Assembly: GCA_963705105.1 (NCBI GenBank)
Contig: CAVPIW010000005.1
Location: 416,001-480,000, forward strand
Direction: 5' to 3'
From: an uncultured Nitrospiraceae bacterium
Lineage (GTDB): Bacteria; Nitrospirota; Thermodesulfovibrionia; Thermodesulfovibrionales; Dissulfurispiraceae
Length of the DNA stretch: 64,000 nt
Positions 27,351 to 38,241 of this stretch are shown here, in pieces (the first letter of the stretch is position 1; every line of letters starts with the position of its first letter). Under the pieces are notes generated by a model. It worked only from the letters and a program-made list of their open reading frames with translations, searched no databases and was not told the DNA's origin. A program made the position numbers and the translations under genes.

Positions 27351-28131
27351 ACCGCAGAAGACAGCACGTGCAAGGCAGGGAAAGGTCTTTTTCATCAGCG
27401 CAGGGCCCGGTGACCCCGATCTCATCACCGTCAGGGGGCGGAAACTCCTCGACGCAGCGGACCTGATCATCTATGCCGGGAGCCTCGTCAACCCCGCGCT
27501 CTTCGAGGGGTTGTCCGCAGAGGTCGTCGATTCGGCAAAGCTGCACCTCGACGAAATTGTGGCCCTCATGCAAAAGGCCGTTGAAGGCGGCGGGACCGTC
27601 GTCCGTCTCCACACCGGCGACACCTCTTTTTACAGCGCCATCTCCGAACAGATCGAAAAACTCAGGGAAAAGGAGATAGGGTTTGAGGTAATACCGGGCG
27701 TCTCATCGGCGATGGCGGGCGCGGCAATCCTCGGCCAGGAACTGACGATACCCGAGGTGAGCCAGACCGTGATCTTCACCCGCATCGAGGGCAGAACGCC
27801 TGTCCCCGTCACGGAGCGACTGAGCGGGCTCGCGAAGCACCGGGCGACGATGGTGATCTTCCTGAGCGTCGGCATGATCGAAAAAGTGCAGGAGGAACTC
27901 CTGACCGGGTATCCCGAAGATACACCCGTCGTCATCATCGAAAAAGCGACATGGCCGCAGCAGCGCCTTGTGCGGGGCCGCCTCCGGGACCTCGTCTCCC
28001 TCGTGAAGGACGCAGGCATCCGGAAAACGGCGCTCATCTATGTCGGCGAATCACTCAGGGCGTCGGAAGAACCCACGGGCAGGGAGTCACGGCTCTATCA
28101 CAAAGATTTCAAACACGGGTATCGTCGATAA
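27328..28131 (+). CDS. cbiF: Cobalt-precorrin-4 C11-methyltransferase
   Basis: AGPGDPDLIT, YAGSLVN, VRLHTGD, ELTIPEVSQTVI, SRLY..F.HGYR. Confidence 0.95.
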   Translation: MSRSERAKPQKTARARQGKVFFISAGPGDPDLITVRGRKLLDAADLIIYAGSLVNPALFEGLSAEVVDSAKLHLDEIVALMQKAVEGGGTVVRLHTGDTSFYSAISEQIEKLREKEIGFEVIPGVSSAMAGAAILGQELTIPEVSQTVIFTRIEGRTPVPVTERLSGLAKHRATMVIFLSVGMIEKVQEELLTGYPEDTPVVIIEKATWPQQRLVRGRLRDLVSLVKDAGIRKTALIYVGESLRASEEPTGRESRLYHKDFKHGYRR

Positions 28132-28606
28132 CATTGCCGTAAGCGCGGCAGAGTGATTCGAGAAGGGACTGGAGTTCACCGGGATCGGGCAGTCTGACCG
28201 GAAGCCCTGCATCCTGAATCCGGCAGGCGTCGAGGATTTTCCTGACCAATGCGAGAACGCAGAGGTTCATGATCTCCTCGGACAGGAACTCCGTGGCGTT
28301 TTCGATCAGCAACTGCTCCGTGTACCAGCCCCCGGTCGCAGGCGTCATGCCCTCGCAGAGCTTTCCCCGGGCGGTCTTCGGCGTCGCTCCCCTGGAGAGA
28401 ATGAGCGCCCGGACGTCGAGATTCGTAAGCTGAAGGCCCCGCAGGGCCGGGTTCGATCCCAGGCCGTGCCTGCCCCTCGTCATCGGCAGAAAAGCCTCAA
28501 GGTTGACGCCGGAGCAATAGAGGAACGTTTCTCTCCCACTTCCCTGGTCTGGTTTGATGACAAAATACAGGAAATCGTTCCTATATGTCATACCGTTCAC
28601 TGACAT
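28109..28606 (-). CDS. Hypothetical protein (165 aa)
   Basis: Protein-like composition, convergent on cbiF; no motif recognised. Confidence 0.7.
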   Translation of the reverse strand: MSVNGMTYRNDFLYFVIKPDQGSGRETFLYCSGVNLEAFLPMTRGRHGLGSNPALRGLQLTNLDVRALILSRGATPKTARGKLCEGMTPATGGWYTEQLLIENATEFLSEEIMNLCVLALVRKILDACRIQDAGLPVRLPDPGELQSLLESLCRAYGNVIDDTRV

Positions 28607-28647
28607 ACCTACGATATTTACCTCGGCAATCGAATACCTGTACCACT

Positions 28648-28731
28648 GTCATTGCCGCAACCCCGCACTTGATGCGGGGGCGTCGGCAATCCTTCTGAAA
28701 ATGAGAAGGATTCCGGACAAGCCGGAATGAC
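28648..28731. repeat. REP-like palindromic element
   Basis: Reverse complement closely matches 63344-63423 (GTCATTCCGGCTTG.CCGGAATC...TTTCAGAAGGATT...GTTGCGG.AATGAC). Confidence 0.85.
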
Positions 28732-28835
28732 GATACTGTGAGGAGTTCGTCCGTTAAATTGCCGGATTAATAACGGACAATTCTTTGCGCTCTTTGCGGC
28801 TTTGCGTGAGACATGGTTTCTTCTATGGCCCATGT

Positions 28836-30410
28836 TTAAGGCTCCTGCATCCCGACGGGCAGGTGAAGGATGAACCAGAACCGCGACCCCTTTCCCGGCT
28901 CGCTCTCGACGCCCATTTCCCCTCCCATTAGCTCCACGATCCTTTTCGAAATACTGAGGCCGATGCCCGTCCCGCTGTGCCGTCTCGTCAGAGAACCGTC
29001 CGCCTGCTCGAAAGGCTCAAAGATCTTCTCCTTCATCTCAGCGGGGATACCGATTCCGGTGTCAGACACGTCAAAGCGCACAACCGTTGTTTCCCCGGCC
29101 TGATCCAGCACGGAGATTTCGACCGATACGTTCCCTTCATCGGTGAATTTAATGGCGTTCCCCACGAGATACGTCAGTACCTGGTGCAATCTCGCCATGT
29201 CGCAATGAACGTATGCGTCCTCCCCGGATCTCATACGGGTTTTCAGCACCAGACCCTTGGCCTCAGCCTGTGGCCGGAGGGCCTTCATCAACTCCTCGAG
29301 GAGACCCCGCAACGGGAACGTGACGGGATTGAACTCGATCTTTCCCGTCTCGACCCGCGCAAGGTCGAGGATGTCGTTGATGAGCGACAGCAGGTTTTTT
29401 CCCGATGTCTCGATGATCTCGATAAAACGGGCCTGCGTCTCGCTCAGGGGAGTCGCCCGAAGCATTTCAGCCATCCCCAGCACACCCGTCAGAGGGGTGC
29501 GGATCTCGTGGCTCATGTTTGTGAGAAAAGCCGTTTTCGCCCTGTTTGCCGCCTCGGCGGCATCCTTCGCCGTCCTGAGTTCCGCCGTCCTTTCTTCCAC
29601 CAGGTCCTGCAGATGGTCCCTGTGACGGCGCAACTCATCTCTCGTGCGCTTCTGCTCCGTAATGTCCCGGAACACCAGGACAGCGCCGAGGCTCCTTCCC
29701 CGCTCATCCTTAATGGGAGCGGCACAGTCATCAATCGGCCTGCCCGTGCCGTCTCTGGCAATGAGGAGGGTATGGTCGGCCAGACCGACGACAGCCCCCT
29801 TCCGGAGGCACCTGACAACGGGATTTTCCGCCGGGCCTCCTGTTTCCTCATTCACAATGGTGAAAACGTTTTCTACGGGACTGGACAGTGCCTCCTTCTC
29901 TCTCCATCCCGTGAGGTCCTCGGCCACAGGGTTTATGAGCCTTACACGGGTCTCCTCATCCGTCGCGATGACGGCGTCACCGATGCTCCTCAGGGTTGTC
30001 GCCAGCCACTCCTCTCTCTCCCTCAGACTCTTTTCCGCCCTGTGCTTGTAAAGCGCCATCTCGATGGTCGTGCGCAATTCCCTTTCCTCGAAGGGCTTGA
30101 CAAGATAACCGAAGGGCCCCGTCTCCCTTGCCCGTTCTATGGTCGCCTCATCGGAGTAAGCTGTCAGGTATACGATAGGAACGTCGATCCTTTCCCTGAT
30201 GAGAGTCGCCGCGTCGATGCCGTCCATGTCGCCTGCAAGCATGATGTCCATGAGGATAAGGTCGGGACGGATGTCCGTCGCCTGCCTGACCGCCTCTTCT
30301 CCGGAACCTGCGACAGAAGGGACCAGATAGCCCAGGTTCTCCAGCTTCTTCTGCAGCGAGAGAGCGACGAGCCCCTCGTCTTCCACGACCAACACCTGTG
30401 CTTTATCCAT
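28836..30410 (-). CDS. REC-PAS histidine kinase
   Basis: N-terminal receiver (VVEDE, LMDIML, YLTAY, KPF), PAS, MSHEIRTP, DTGIGI, GTGIGL; GGAGG before ATG 30410. Confidence 0.93.
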   Translation of the reverse strand: MDKAQVLVVEDEGLVALSLQKKLENLGYLVPSVAGSGEEAVRQATDIRPDLILMDIMLAGDMDGIDAATLIRERIDVPIVYLTAYSDEATIERARETGPFGYLVKPFEERELRTTIEMALYKHRAEKSLREREEWLATTLRSIGDAVIATDEETRVRLINPVAEDLTGWREKEALSSPVENVFTIVNEETGGPAENPVVRCLRKGAVVGLADHTLLIARDGTGRPIDDCAAPIKDERGRSLGAVLVFRDITEQKRTRDELRRHRDHLQDLVEERTAELRTAKDAAEAANRAKTAFLTNMSHEIRTPLTGVLGMAEMLRATPLSETQARFIEIIETSGKNLLSLINDILDLARVETGKIEFNPVTFPLRGLLEELMKALRPQAEAKGLVLKTRMRSGEDAYVHCDMARLHQVLTYLVGNAIKFTDEGNVSVEISVLDQAGETTVVRFDVSDTGIGIPAEMKEKIFEPFEQADGSLTRRHSGTGIGLSISKRIVELMGGEMGVESEPGKGSRFWFILHLPVGMQEP

Positions 30411-30490
30411 ATCAGTGTTCTCCTCCGGCTTATTCCCCTTTCCCATATAATACCAAACGAGTTCGGCCTCGCGCGATGCCGGCCGGGCAG

Positions 30491-32911
30491 TCATCCGCCT
30501 TCCCCCCCCGATTCCCGAAAGGTAATTGTTATTTCAGCGAGCCCTGCATGACGGATATCCATGGCGCCCCTGAGCTGCCTGACCAGCGTCCGGACTATCG
30601 TCAGACCAAGGGAATCAGTCTGCCCCGGATCGAAGCCAGGCGGGAAGCCGACGCCATCGTCCGCCACATAAAGGGTCAGCTTACCATCCTCATCGGCGTC
30701 TATTCGTACCTTCACGTGACCCGGCCTACCTTCCGGAAAGGCATGCTTCAGGCAGTTCATCACCAGCTCATTGATGATCAGACCGCATGGTACGGCGGTG
30801 TCCAGGCTCAGGAAAAGCTCCGGGATGTCGACGGACCAGGCGACCGAGCGCGCCTCCGCCGAGAAGGACTGGAAAAGGTACGTCATGAGGCTCTCCACAT
30901 ACTGTGCGAAGTCGATCCGCTCCGTGTCCCGTATGCTGTATAACTGGTCGTGGATCAGCGCCATCGAACGGACCCTGCGCTCGCTTTCCCTGAACGCATC
31001 GAAGGCCTGCCGGTCTTCGATGTACCGCGCCTGCAAGTCCAGGAGACTCGAAATGACCTGGAGATTGTTCTTCACCCTGTGATGGATCTCTTTGAGCAGG
31101 GTCTCCTTTTCCCGCAGGGACTCACGGAGGTCCCGTTCCATGCGCCGGCGCTCGCTGATGTCGAGGATGAAGGCTGCAATGACCCGGCGCGACTCGTACA
31201 CGCCCGGCTGCAGATGGACTTCGACGGGATAGACCGAACCCTCCTTTCGCTGATGCACCGTTGTGAACTCGGTCTTCGCCTTTGCCCCGGATATGAGGGG
31301 TTGCAGCAGGGAGACGAAGGATTCATTATCATATTCAGGTTTAATGTCCACAGGTGTGAGACGCTGAAGCTCTTCGAGGGAATAACCGAGGTTTTCACGG
31401 GCGGAACGGTTCACAAAGAGAAATCTCAATGTGTCGGCGTCGAACAGATAGATTTCGTTGAGGGAGTTCTCCAGGATCCCCGCCAGACCCGCCTGCTTCA
31501 ACTCGGCATGTTTTCGCTCCGTGATGTCGATCTGAATCCCGTACATGCCGGCCGGATCGCCCGTTTCATCGAACATCATGCTGCCGATGTCATTAAGCCA
31601 GTGGATGGTTCCGTCGGGCCAGACGACCCGGAAGGTGATGTCGAGATCCTTTCTCTGTTCCACCGCTTCCCTGACGCGCCTTTCGGCCTCGTCACGGTCA
31701 TCGGGATGGACGCACCGGAGCCATGTTTCATAACAGGACGGGGCGCTTCCCGGGACGAGTCCAAGGATCCGGTAATTCCCCTCTGACCATATGGCGCAGT
31801 TCGTTCTCATGTCCCACTCCCATGCTCCCGCATTGGCCGCCCGCAAGGCATAGGCCAGCCTCTGCTCGTTCCTCACAAGGGATTCCTCAGCCCTTTTTCG
31901 CTGGACGATCTTCCAGACATCGTTCGCCAGGAGCTGCAGTTGGAGGACGTCGGAGTCTTCATAATCGTGCTCCTTGTTGCCGACGCCTGTGATGACCCGG
32001 ACTTTGCCGTTCTCGACGACGGGGACACTCATGTGCCGCACTATCTGCGAGTGCCCCGCCGGCAAACCACGCCGGCCCGGCACGGAGGCAAAATCATTGT
32101 GCACGACGGGCCTGCCGGTCCGGGCGCAGTCCGCCCATACGCCTGCCGCTGAAAGGGGGTAATGCTTTTCATAGGGAGCCCGGCAATTCATGAGGGTATT
32201 CCTGCTCCAGGAGACGAGCTCGATCGTTTCCTGGTCTTCGTTCAGGAAATGAAAATACCCGATCCTGCTGCCCGTCAAGCGGACAGCCTCCTCCAGGGCA
32301 TAGCGGACGATCTCCTGCTCGCTCAATGTATGCGCCTTCTGTGAAAGTTCAAGTAGCGAGTTGAGACGCGATTCGTTGAGCCTGATGAGCTCTTCCGTCC
32401 CTTTCTGCTCCCCGATATCCAGGGCCATGCCGGAGAGGTATTGCCTGTCACCTATTGAGACGAGCTGGCCGGTGAAGAGACAGTGTGTTGAATTGCCTCC
32501 CTTTGCCATGAGCCTTGCTTCCGTTGAGGACCTGCCCCGGACAAAGACCTGCCGTATGGCCTCCGCTGCAGATGCGCGGTCTTCGGGGACCACGAAATCA
32601 AGGGCCCTCATCGCCCCGATTTCTTCGGAGGAGTAACCGGATAGCAGCTCCAGCTTCCTGTTCCACCTTTCGAGGCGGCCGTTCTCATCGAAGAGATAGA
32701 AGAGGCCCGGCAGGCTGTTGATGATCGAATCCGAAAGGCGTTTCTCCCGGAGCAGCGCCGTTTCCGCCTCTCTGCGTTCGGCCACTTCCTTCTCGAGATC
32801 AGCCGTTCGTTCGGCCACTATCCGCTCCAGGGCTTCAAGTTCCCTGACCCTCATCCTGAGCGCTTCGAGTTCTTCATAAATATCCAATGCCGACTCTTTT
32901 CCGTCACTCAT
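30491..32911 (-). CDS. Multi-PAS/GAF sensor kinase, HisKA_2 type
   Basis: PAS, GAF, PAS, PAS, then EIHHRVKNNLQ, NELVMNCLKHAF, DDGVG, SLGL. Confidence 0.94.
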   Translation of the reverse strand: MSDGKESALDIYEELEALRMRVRELEALERIVAERTADLEKEVAERREAETALLREKRLSDSIINSLPGLFYLFDENGRLERWNRKLELLSGYSSEEIGAMRALDFVVPEDRASAAEAIRQVFVRGRSSTEARLMAKGGNSTHCLFTGQLVSIGDRQYLSGMALDIGEQKGTEELIRLNESRLNSLLELSQKAHTLSEQEIVRYALEEAVRLTGSRIGYFHFLNEDQETIELVSWSRNTLMNCRAPYEKHYPLSAAGVWADCARTGRPVVHNDFASVPGRRGLPAGHSQIVRHMSVPVVENGKVRVITGVGNKEHDYEDSDVLQLQLLANDVWKIVQRKRAEESLVRNEQRLAYALRAANAGAWEWDMRTNCAIWSEGNYRILGLVPGSAPSCYETWLRCVHPDDRDEAERRVREAVEQRKDLDITFRVVWPDGTIHWLNDIGSMMFDETGDPAGMYGIQIDITERKHAELKQAGLAGILENSLNEIYLFDADTLRFLFVNRSARENLGYSLEELQRLTPVDIKPEYDNESFVSLLQPLISGAKAKTEFTTVHQRKEGSVYPVEVHLQPGVYESRRVIAAFILDISERRRMERDLRESLREKETLLKEIHHRVKNNLQVISSLLDLQARYIEDRQAFDAFRESERRVRSMALIHDQLYSIRDTERIDFAQYVESLMTYLFQSFSAEARSVAWSVDIPELFLSLDTAVPCGLIINELVMNCLKHAFPEGRPGHVKVRIDADEDGKLTLYVADDGVGFPPGFDPGQTDSLGLTIVRTLVRQLRGAMDIRHAGLAEITITFRESGGEGG

Positions 32912-32929
32912 TGCAACTCCCCTGCAGAA

Positions 32930-32960
32930 ATAGAAATCGGGCCGTTCGGGGAACGGCCCC
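32930..32960 (-). terminator. Possible terminator downstream of the TauE gene
   Basis: GGGCCGTT-loop-AACGGCCC hairpin followed on the minus strand by ATTTCTATTT. Confidence 0.45.
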
Positions 32961-33002
32961 TACTCATTCATTCCCCTATTAGAAAAGGCCACTGTGTCAT
33001 GG

Positions 33003-33746
33003 TCACCCCGGCCGACGGGTCCTGAGATAGCGGATACCCGTCCAGGAGAGGACGGCCGCGAAAATCAGCCTCAGTGTCGACTCAGGGAGGATCAGGGCAA
33101 GGCTCCCGCCGAAATACGTCCCGATGAGCACCCCCGGGATGAGACCGTACAGGAGAGGACGTTCCACATTGCCGAGCCTGTCGTGCGTCATCGCGCCGAC
33201 GGACCCGGCCGGGACCATGGAGAGGAGCGACGTCCCCTGGGCCATATGCTGGCCGAACCCCGCAAGGAGCACCATGGCAGGTACCATGATAGTGCCGCCT
33301 CCGACTCCCATCATGCCTGAGAGGAATCCTGCAAAGATACCGGTCCCGAGGAGTGCGGCGATCCTGATCAACCCGCCGGCAGGCTGGCCGGCCTGGGAGA
33401 GATAAGGCTTGATGAGCAGCAGCGCCGACACGACGAGCAGGAAGCCGCCGAAGGACCGCTTCAGCTTCCAGTCAGGGAGAGAGTGTGCGAACCGTGCTCC
33501 CGCACGGGCTGTCAGGACGGCCGTCACTGCCATGAGAGCCGCTCCCGCGACGTCGACGGCGCCCTTGAGGGAATATGTGACGGCTCCGGACAGGCCGGTG
33601 AACACGAGAGCGACGAGACTCGTCCCGTGCGCCTTGTGCTGACCCATTCTAAGAAAGTCCACCATGAGAGGGATCATGACGACCCCGCCGCCGAGCCCGA
33701 CAAGGCCGCCGAAAAGGCCCGCAATCAATCCGATGAGAAATGACAT
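33003..33746 (-). CDS. Sulfite exporter TauE/SafE family membrane protein
   Basis: Duplicated G.GGG..M.P and A.GTSL motifs, multi-TM. Confidence 0.92.
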   Translation of the reverse strand: MSFLIGLIAGLFGGLVGLGGGVVMIPLMVDFLRMGQHKAHGTSLVALVFTGLSGAVTYSLKGAVDVAGAALMAVTAVLTARAGARFAHSLPDWKLKRSFGGFLLVVSALLLIKPYLSQAGQPAGGLIRIAALLGTGIFAGFLSGMMGVGGGTIMVPAMVLLAGFGQHMAQGTSLLSMVPAGSVGAMTHDRLGNVERPLLYGLIPGVLIGTYFGGSLALILPESTLRLIFAAVLSWTGIRYLRTRRPG

Positions 33747-33787
33747 CTCTATGCAGATCCTTCTGTCTGATATTGAGGAGGCAATGT

Positions 33788-34981
33788 CTACCTTTTGCGC
33801 ACGCGTGCGCCGTCGGTGATCGCATCATCGGGATGGGTGATGACGCTCTCTCCCGCGGAGAGGCCGGAGAGGATCTCCGCTGCAAGCCCGGTCCGGTGGC
33901 CGATCTCGACAGTTTGCTCACGGGCCCGGCCGTTCCTGACCACGAAAACCGCCCATCCCTCCCCCTTCCGGAAGAGGGCGCTCGCAGGCACCTGGAGCAC
34001 GTCTTTCCCCTCCCAGATGACGAAACGGGCCTCGACCCGGTACCGGTCAGCGAGGCCCTTCCAGTTCTCCGGCACCGACCTGATGTCGGCGATGACAAGG
34101 ACGCGCTGCTCTTCGACGCCGAGGCTCGAAATCTTCGTGAAACCTCCTGGTTCGACGACCCTCACCCTGCCTTCAAGGGCGGGGGATCCTCCCCAGCGTT
34201 CGAAATAAACCCGCGTTCCCGGCCTGATGCTGACGGCATCGGCAGAGAGCACCTCAACCTCCACCTCGATGTTGGCGGGATCCCCCACATCGATGAGGGG
34301 GTCGCCGGAATGAACCACCCCCTCGCTTTCGCGGTGGAGCTTGAGGACCGAGCCGCTGACGGGCGACCTGACCCTGGTGATCCGGCTGCTGTCCGCCACA
34401 TCCTCCGCTGCCGAGTATTTGAGGGTGTTTCTGGCCCTGTCGAGCTGATGAACGGCGACGCGCATGGAGGCCTCGGCAGAGAGACGGTTCGCTTCCGTCC
34501 GTTTTGCCTCGCTCCCGGACTGTTCAAGATTATCAAGTGCCGCATAGCCGGCGTCATAAAGCTGCTTTGTGCGGTCATGGTTGGCCTTCGCGTACGCTGC
34601 TTCAGCCTCTGCTGCACGAAGTCTCTCTTCAGCGGCCTTCACTGATGCACCGGCCGCGGCAACGGCCGCCTCCGCTTCGGCGCGGGAACGCGGATCGAGA
34701 GCCTCGGACCGCAAAGGCTCCAGTTCGGCCACGATCTGCCCCTTCCTGACAGTATCTCCCGCATCGATGAGGATGCGGCGCTGAAATCCCGACACCGGCG
34801 CCGATATGGTATAGCGGTCTTTCACCCGTGTCTTGCCCTCCTCCTCGACGGTCACCGTAAAGGAGCCCCGTGAAACGGTCGTCATGTCGGCGGGGACCGC
34901 CCCGGCCATGAAACCATAGGCAATTGCAAGGACGACGGCCGCTCCGAGGGCAATGATAAGAATCCAACGGCTTCGTTTCAT
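33788..34981 (-). CDS. Efflux periplasmic adaptor (HlyD/MacA-like)
   Basis: N-terminal TM, EEEGKTRV..RY.ISAPVSG, coiled coil, SSLGVEEQRV. Confidence 0.92.
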   Translation of the reverse strand: MKRSRWILIIALGAAVVLAIAYGFMAGAVPADMTTVSRGSFTVTVEEEGKTRVKDRYTISAPVSGFQRRILIDAGDTVRKGQIVAELEPLRSEALDPRSRAEAEAAVAAAGASVKAAEERLRAAEAEAAYAKANHDRTKQLYDAGYAALDNLEQSGSEAKRTEANRLSAEASMRVAVHQLDRARNTLKYSAAEDVADSSRITRVRSPVSGSVLKLHRESEGVVHSGDPLIDVGDPANIEVEVEVLSADAVSIRPGTRVYFERWGGSPALEGRVRVVEPGGFTKISSLGVEEQRVLVIADIRSVPENWKGLADRYRVEARFVIWEGKDVLQVPASALFRKGEGWAVFVVRNGRAREQTVEIGHRTGLAAEILSGLSAGESVITHPDDAITDGARVRKR

Positions 34982-34987
34982 AGCACC

Positions 34988-37351
34988 CTACTCCCTCGTC
35001 TTCAGCACCGCAACGAGGTCCAGGCGGTCGAGACGGTACCGCACGATCAGACCTGACAGGCACGCCGATATGACGACGACGGCGGCGGCATAAGAGTATG
35101 TCGGCGGGGCGACGACCACGGGGACCCTGAAGAGGTCCGACGCAAGGGCCTGGGCGATGTATGTGCAGAGGCCCCTCCCGATGAGAAAGCCCAGGGGGAT
35201 CGAGGCGAGAGTGAGAAGGCCCAGTTCACCCAGGAAGATGTAGGAGATCTCGGCCCTCGTAAAACCGAGCACCCTGAGGCTCGCCAGTTCCCTTCCCCTT
35301 TCGGACAGGGCGATGCGGGCGCTGTTGTAAACGACGCCGAAGGCGATCGTTCCTGCCAAGATCGTCGCGACAAAGGTGAAAAAGAGGAGCGCCTCCGCCT
35401 GCGTCTCGTAGAAGTTCCTGATCTCCTGCTTCCGCATGACCACGCCGGCCACCCGGGGCATCTCGACGAGATCCCGGTACAGCCTTTCCCGATGGAGCAT
35501 GTCGACGGAGAGGTAGGCGCCCGATATGGCGTCATCCTCCCGCATGAGACGATTGAGGGCCTTTCTGTCCATGTATCCCGTCACACCGATGAACTGTTTT
35601 ACGAGGCTGACAACAGGGATCCGGCGCGTAGGCCGTTCGCCCTCGAGCACCTCGACGGTGAGCATGTCTCCGGCCTTGACGCCGAGCAGTTTCGCGAGAT
35701 AGTCCGTCAGGACGATCCCTTCCTCAGGGACACTGAAGGGTTTCAGGTCCGTGTCGATGAGAGAATGAAGGCGCCCGGCCGGCTCTATGGCCTGGATGGA
35801 CGAGCGGTAGCTCCGGTGGCCGAACCTGAATCGGGCCGACACGGAACGGAAGACCTCGGCGTGAGCGACCCCCGCCCGCCCTTTCAGTTCGTAGACGGCC
35901 TTGTACGACGTCGGCTCCGTAAACGTGACGGTCATGTCCTCCTTCTGGGCGAGCGAAAACTGGACGTCGATCATGAAATCGACGGCATCCTTCGAAAACA
36001 TTCCTGCTATCATGATAGCACAGGCAAAGGATATTCCAATGACGGTCAAGAGAGACTTGACGGGTCTCCTGGCTATATTTCTGACGATCATCTTCGTCGG
36101 CTGCGAGACGAGCTTCCAGATGGCCAGCCGCTCAAAAAAAACCGTTCGGTACCGGGCAGGCTGCTCGGGTCTCATCGCCTCGGCAGGAGGGAGCTTCACC
36201 GTCTTCAGCACGGCATGGACGATGCCCGCGAGGGCCGATAACACGCTGATGCCCGCCGCGACGATGACGACGGAGGGCTTCAGTTCATAGATCAGCGACG
36301 GGAAACGGTGGAATTCCATGTACATATTTGCGAGGCCCCTGCCGAGGGTTATGCCGATGCCGAGGCCGGCGGACACGCCGATAAGGACGATGAGCACCAC
36401 CATTTTCCCGTAATGCACGGCCACGTCCGCCGTCCTGTACCCGAAGGCTTTGAGTGTCGCGATCTGGTCGCGCTGCAGCCCGATGGTCCTGCTGATCACG
36501 ACATTGAGGAGAAAAGCGGCGACGGCGATGAAGATGGCCGGGAATATCTCCGCGCTTCGCCGGAGCTGCCGGAACTCTTCGGTGAGGAAGCGGTGCGACA
36601 ACTGGTCCTTCCGGGCGTAGGCGCCCAGACCGCCGTAGCGGTCGAGGAGGTCGTCGAGCCGCGCGATGACGTCGTCGGGCCGGGCGTCGCGGGACAGGGA
36701 TAGGGCGACGTCGTTGAAGGCGCCGTCCATGTTGTAGGCTATTCCAAGGGCGTCCCGTCCCATCCAGAGGATGGCGTGGCGCTTGTAGTCGGGGCTGATC
36801 GCCCCGGGCCTGCCCTGGATGACGAATTCGGGCGACAGGGCGATGCCGACGATGACGAGGGTCCTCCACCTGCCGTTGATGACGGCGCCGAAGGTGTCGC
36901 CGGGACCGAGGCGGTGGGCCTCTGCGAAGGGCTCGCTCACCATGACCTCATTGGTGCTCCAGGGTTGCACGAGCCTTCCTTTCCTGATGTAGACCCTGTT
37001 CAGGATGGGACTTCCCGTATCGGGGATGGAAACAATGCGGGCCGTCACGGGCTCCGGGAAACCCCGGATGTCCAGTTTCACGTCGGCGACGACGCGGGTC
37101 TCGACCCTGTTGACGCTTTCGATTTCGGCGATGCGCAATCTCAGGCTCTCCGGCGCCCGCTTGAGCGATGAGAAGACATCGGCGAAATCATACTCCCGGT
37201 AGAACCGGTCCCTCGTCAGGAGCAGGGAATTCATGGCACTGATGAGCATGACGAAGGTCGACACACCGCTGGCGATCACGAGGGAGATGGCGAGGACCTG
37301 ACCCTTCATCCTCCAGAGGTCGCGCCAGAGTTTCCTGTCCAGTGCCCTCAT
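34988..37351 (-). CDS. FtsX/MacB-like ABC permease (duplicated)
   Basis: LDRKLWRDLW, QIATLKAFGY, PPAEAMRP, ELASLRVLGF. Confidence 0.93.
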   Translation of the reverse strand: MRALDRKLWRDLWRMKGQVLAISLVIASGVSTFVMLISAMNSLLLTRDRFYREYDFADVFSSLKRAPESLRLRIAEIESVNRVETRVVADVKLDIRGFPEPVTARIVSIPDTGSPILNRVYIRKGRLVQPWSTNEVMVSEPFAEAHRLGPGDTFGAVINGRWRTLVIVGIALSPEFVIQGRPGAISPDYKRHAILWMGRDALGIAYNMDGAFNDVALSLSRDARPDDVIARLDDLLDRYGGLGAYARKDQLSHRFLTEEFRQLRRSAEIFPAIFIAVAAFLLNVVISRTIGLQRDQIATLKAFGYRTADVAVHYGKMVVLIVLIGVSAGLGIGITLGRGLANMYMEFHRFPSLIYELKPSVVIVAAGISVLSALAGIVHAVLKTVKLPPAEAMRPEQPARYRTVFFERLAIWKLVSQPTKMIVRNIARRPVKSLLTVIGISFACAIMIAGMFSKDAVDFMIDVQFSLAQKEDMTVTFTEPTSYKAVYELKGRAGVAHAEVFRSVSARFRFGHRSYRSSIQAIEPAGRLHSLIDTDLKPFSVPEEGIVLTDYLAKLLGVKAGDMLTVEVLEGERPTRRIPVVSLVKQFIGVTGYMDRKALNRLMREDDAISGAYLSVDMLHRERLYRDLVEMPRVAGVVMRKQEIRNFYETQAEALLFFTFVATILAGTIAFGVVYNSARIALSERGRELASLRVLGFTRAEISYIFLGELGLLTLASIPLGFLIGRGLCTYIAQALASDLFRVPVVVAPPTYSYAAAVVVISACLSGLIVRYRLDRLDLVAVLKTRE

Positions 37352-37355
37352 CGGA

Positions 37356-38096
37356 TCACCACCGGAGCTCGCCGGGCGGTCTCTTCACGGTGTTTGCGCT
37401 GACACCGGAGATGAGGCCGTTCCGGAGCTGCACGACCCGATCAGCCATGTCGGCGATGACAGCGTTGTGGGTGATGATGACCGTCAGCGTCCCCAGTTCA
37501 CGGTTGACCCTTTCGATGGCCTCGAGGACGACGATACCGGTCGATGAGTCGAGGGCGCCCGTCGGTTCGTCGCAGAGGAGCACCTCGGGGTTCTTCGCGA
37601 TGGCGCGGGCGATGGCGACACGTTGCTGCTCTCCTCCCGAGAGCTGGGCGGGAAAGTGGTCCATCCGCTCACCCAGGCCGACAACGGCAAGGGCCTCCTC
37701 GGGCTTCATGGGATGACGCGCTATTTCGGTCACAACAGCGACATTCTCGCGGGCCGTGAGGCTCGGGATGAGATTGTAGAACTGAAAGACGAAGCCCACA
37801 TGAAAGCGGCGGTAATCCGTGAGCTCCTGCTCCGTCGCATGGGTGATCTCCCTGTCCCCGTAGATGACCTGCCCGCCCGTGGCGGTGTCGAGGCCACCGA
37901 GGATGTTGAGGAGCGTGGACTTGCCGCTCCCGGAAGGGCCGAGGAGAACGACGAGTTCCCCTGCGCGGAGATCGAGGTCTACCCCTCTCAGGGCCTCCAC
38001 CCGCACTTCTCCCATGACGTAGACCTTTGTCAGGCCCCGTATGCGAAAGACAACGCCCTCTTGCTCAGGCCCGCGATCATCCGCCGCCGATACCAT
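37356..38096 (-). CDS. ABC transporter ATP-binding protein (LolD/MacB-like)
   Basis: [27 protein letters not shown]. Confidence 0.95.
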   Translation of the reverse strand: MVSAADDRGPEQEGVVFRIRGLTKVYVMGEVRVEALRGVDLDLRAGELVVLLGPSGSGKSTLLNILGGLDTATGGQVIYGDREITHATEQELTDYRRFHVGFVFQFYNLIPSLTARENVAVVTEIARHPMKPEEALAVVGLGERMDHFPAQLSGGEQQRVAIARAIAKNPEVLLCDEPTGALDSSTGIVVLEAIERVNRELGTLTVIITHNAVIADMADRVVQLRNGLISGVSANTVKRPPGELRW

Positions 38097-38241
38097 GAAA
38101 CAATACTACCACGACCGATAGACTCGTTGTGCAGAAGGGTACGCTTATTCTTGACACAAGGGGGGTGAAGTCGAAATCACAACGGACAAACAGAGGTGAG
38201 ACAAGCTGAAAAATGCAAAAAACCGGCCGTTTTCGGCTAAA

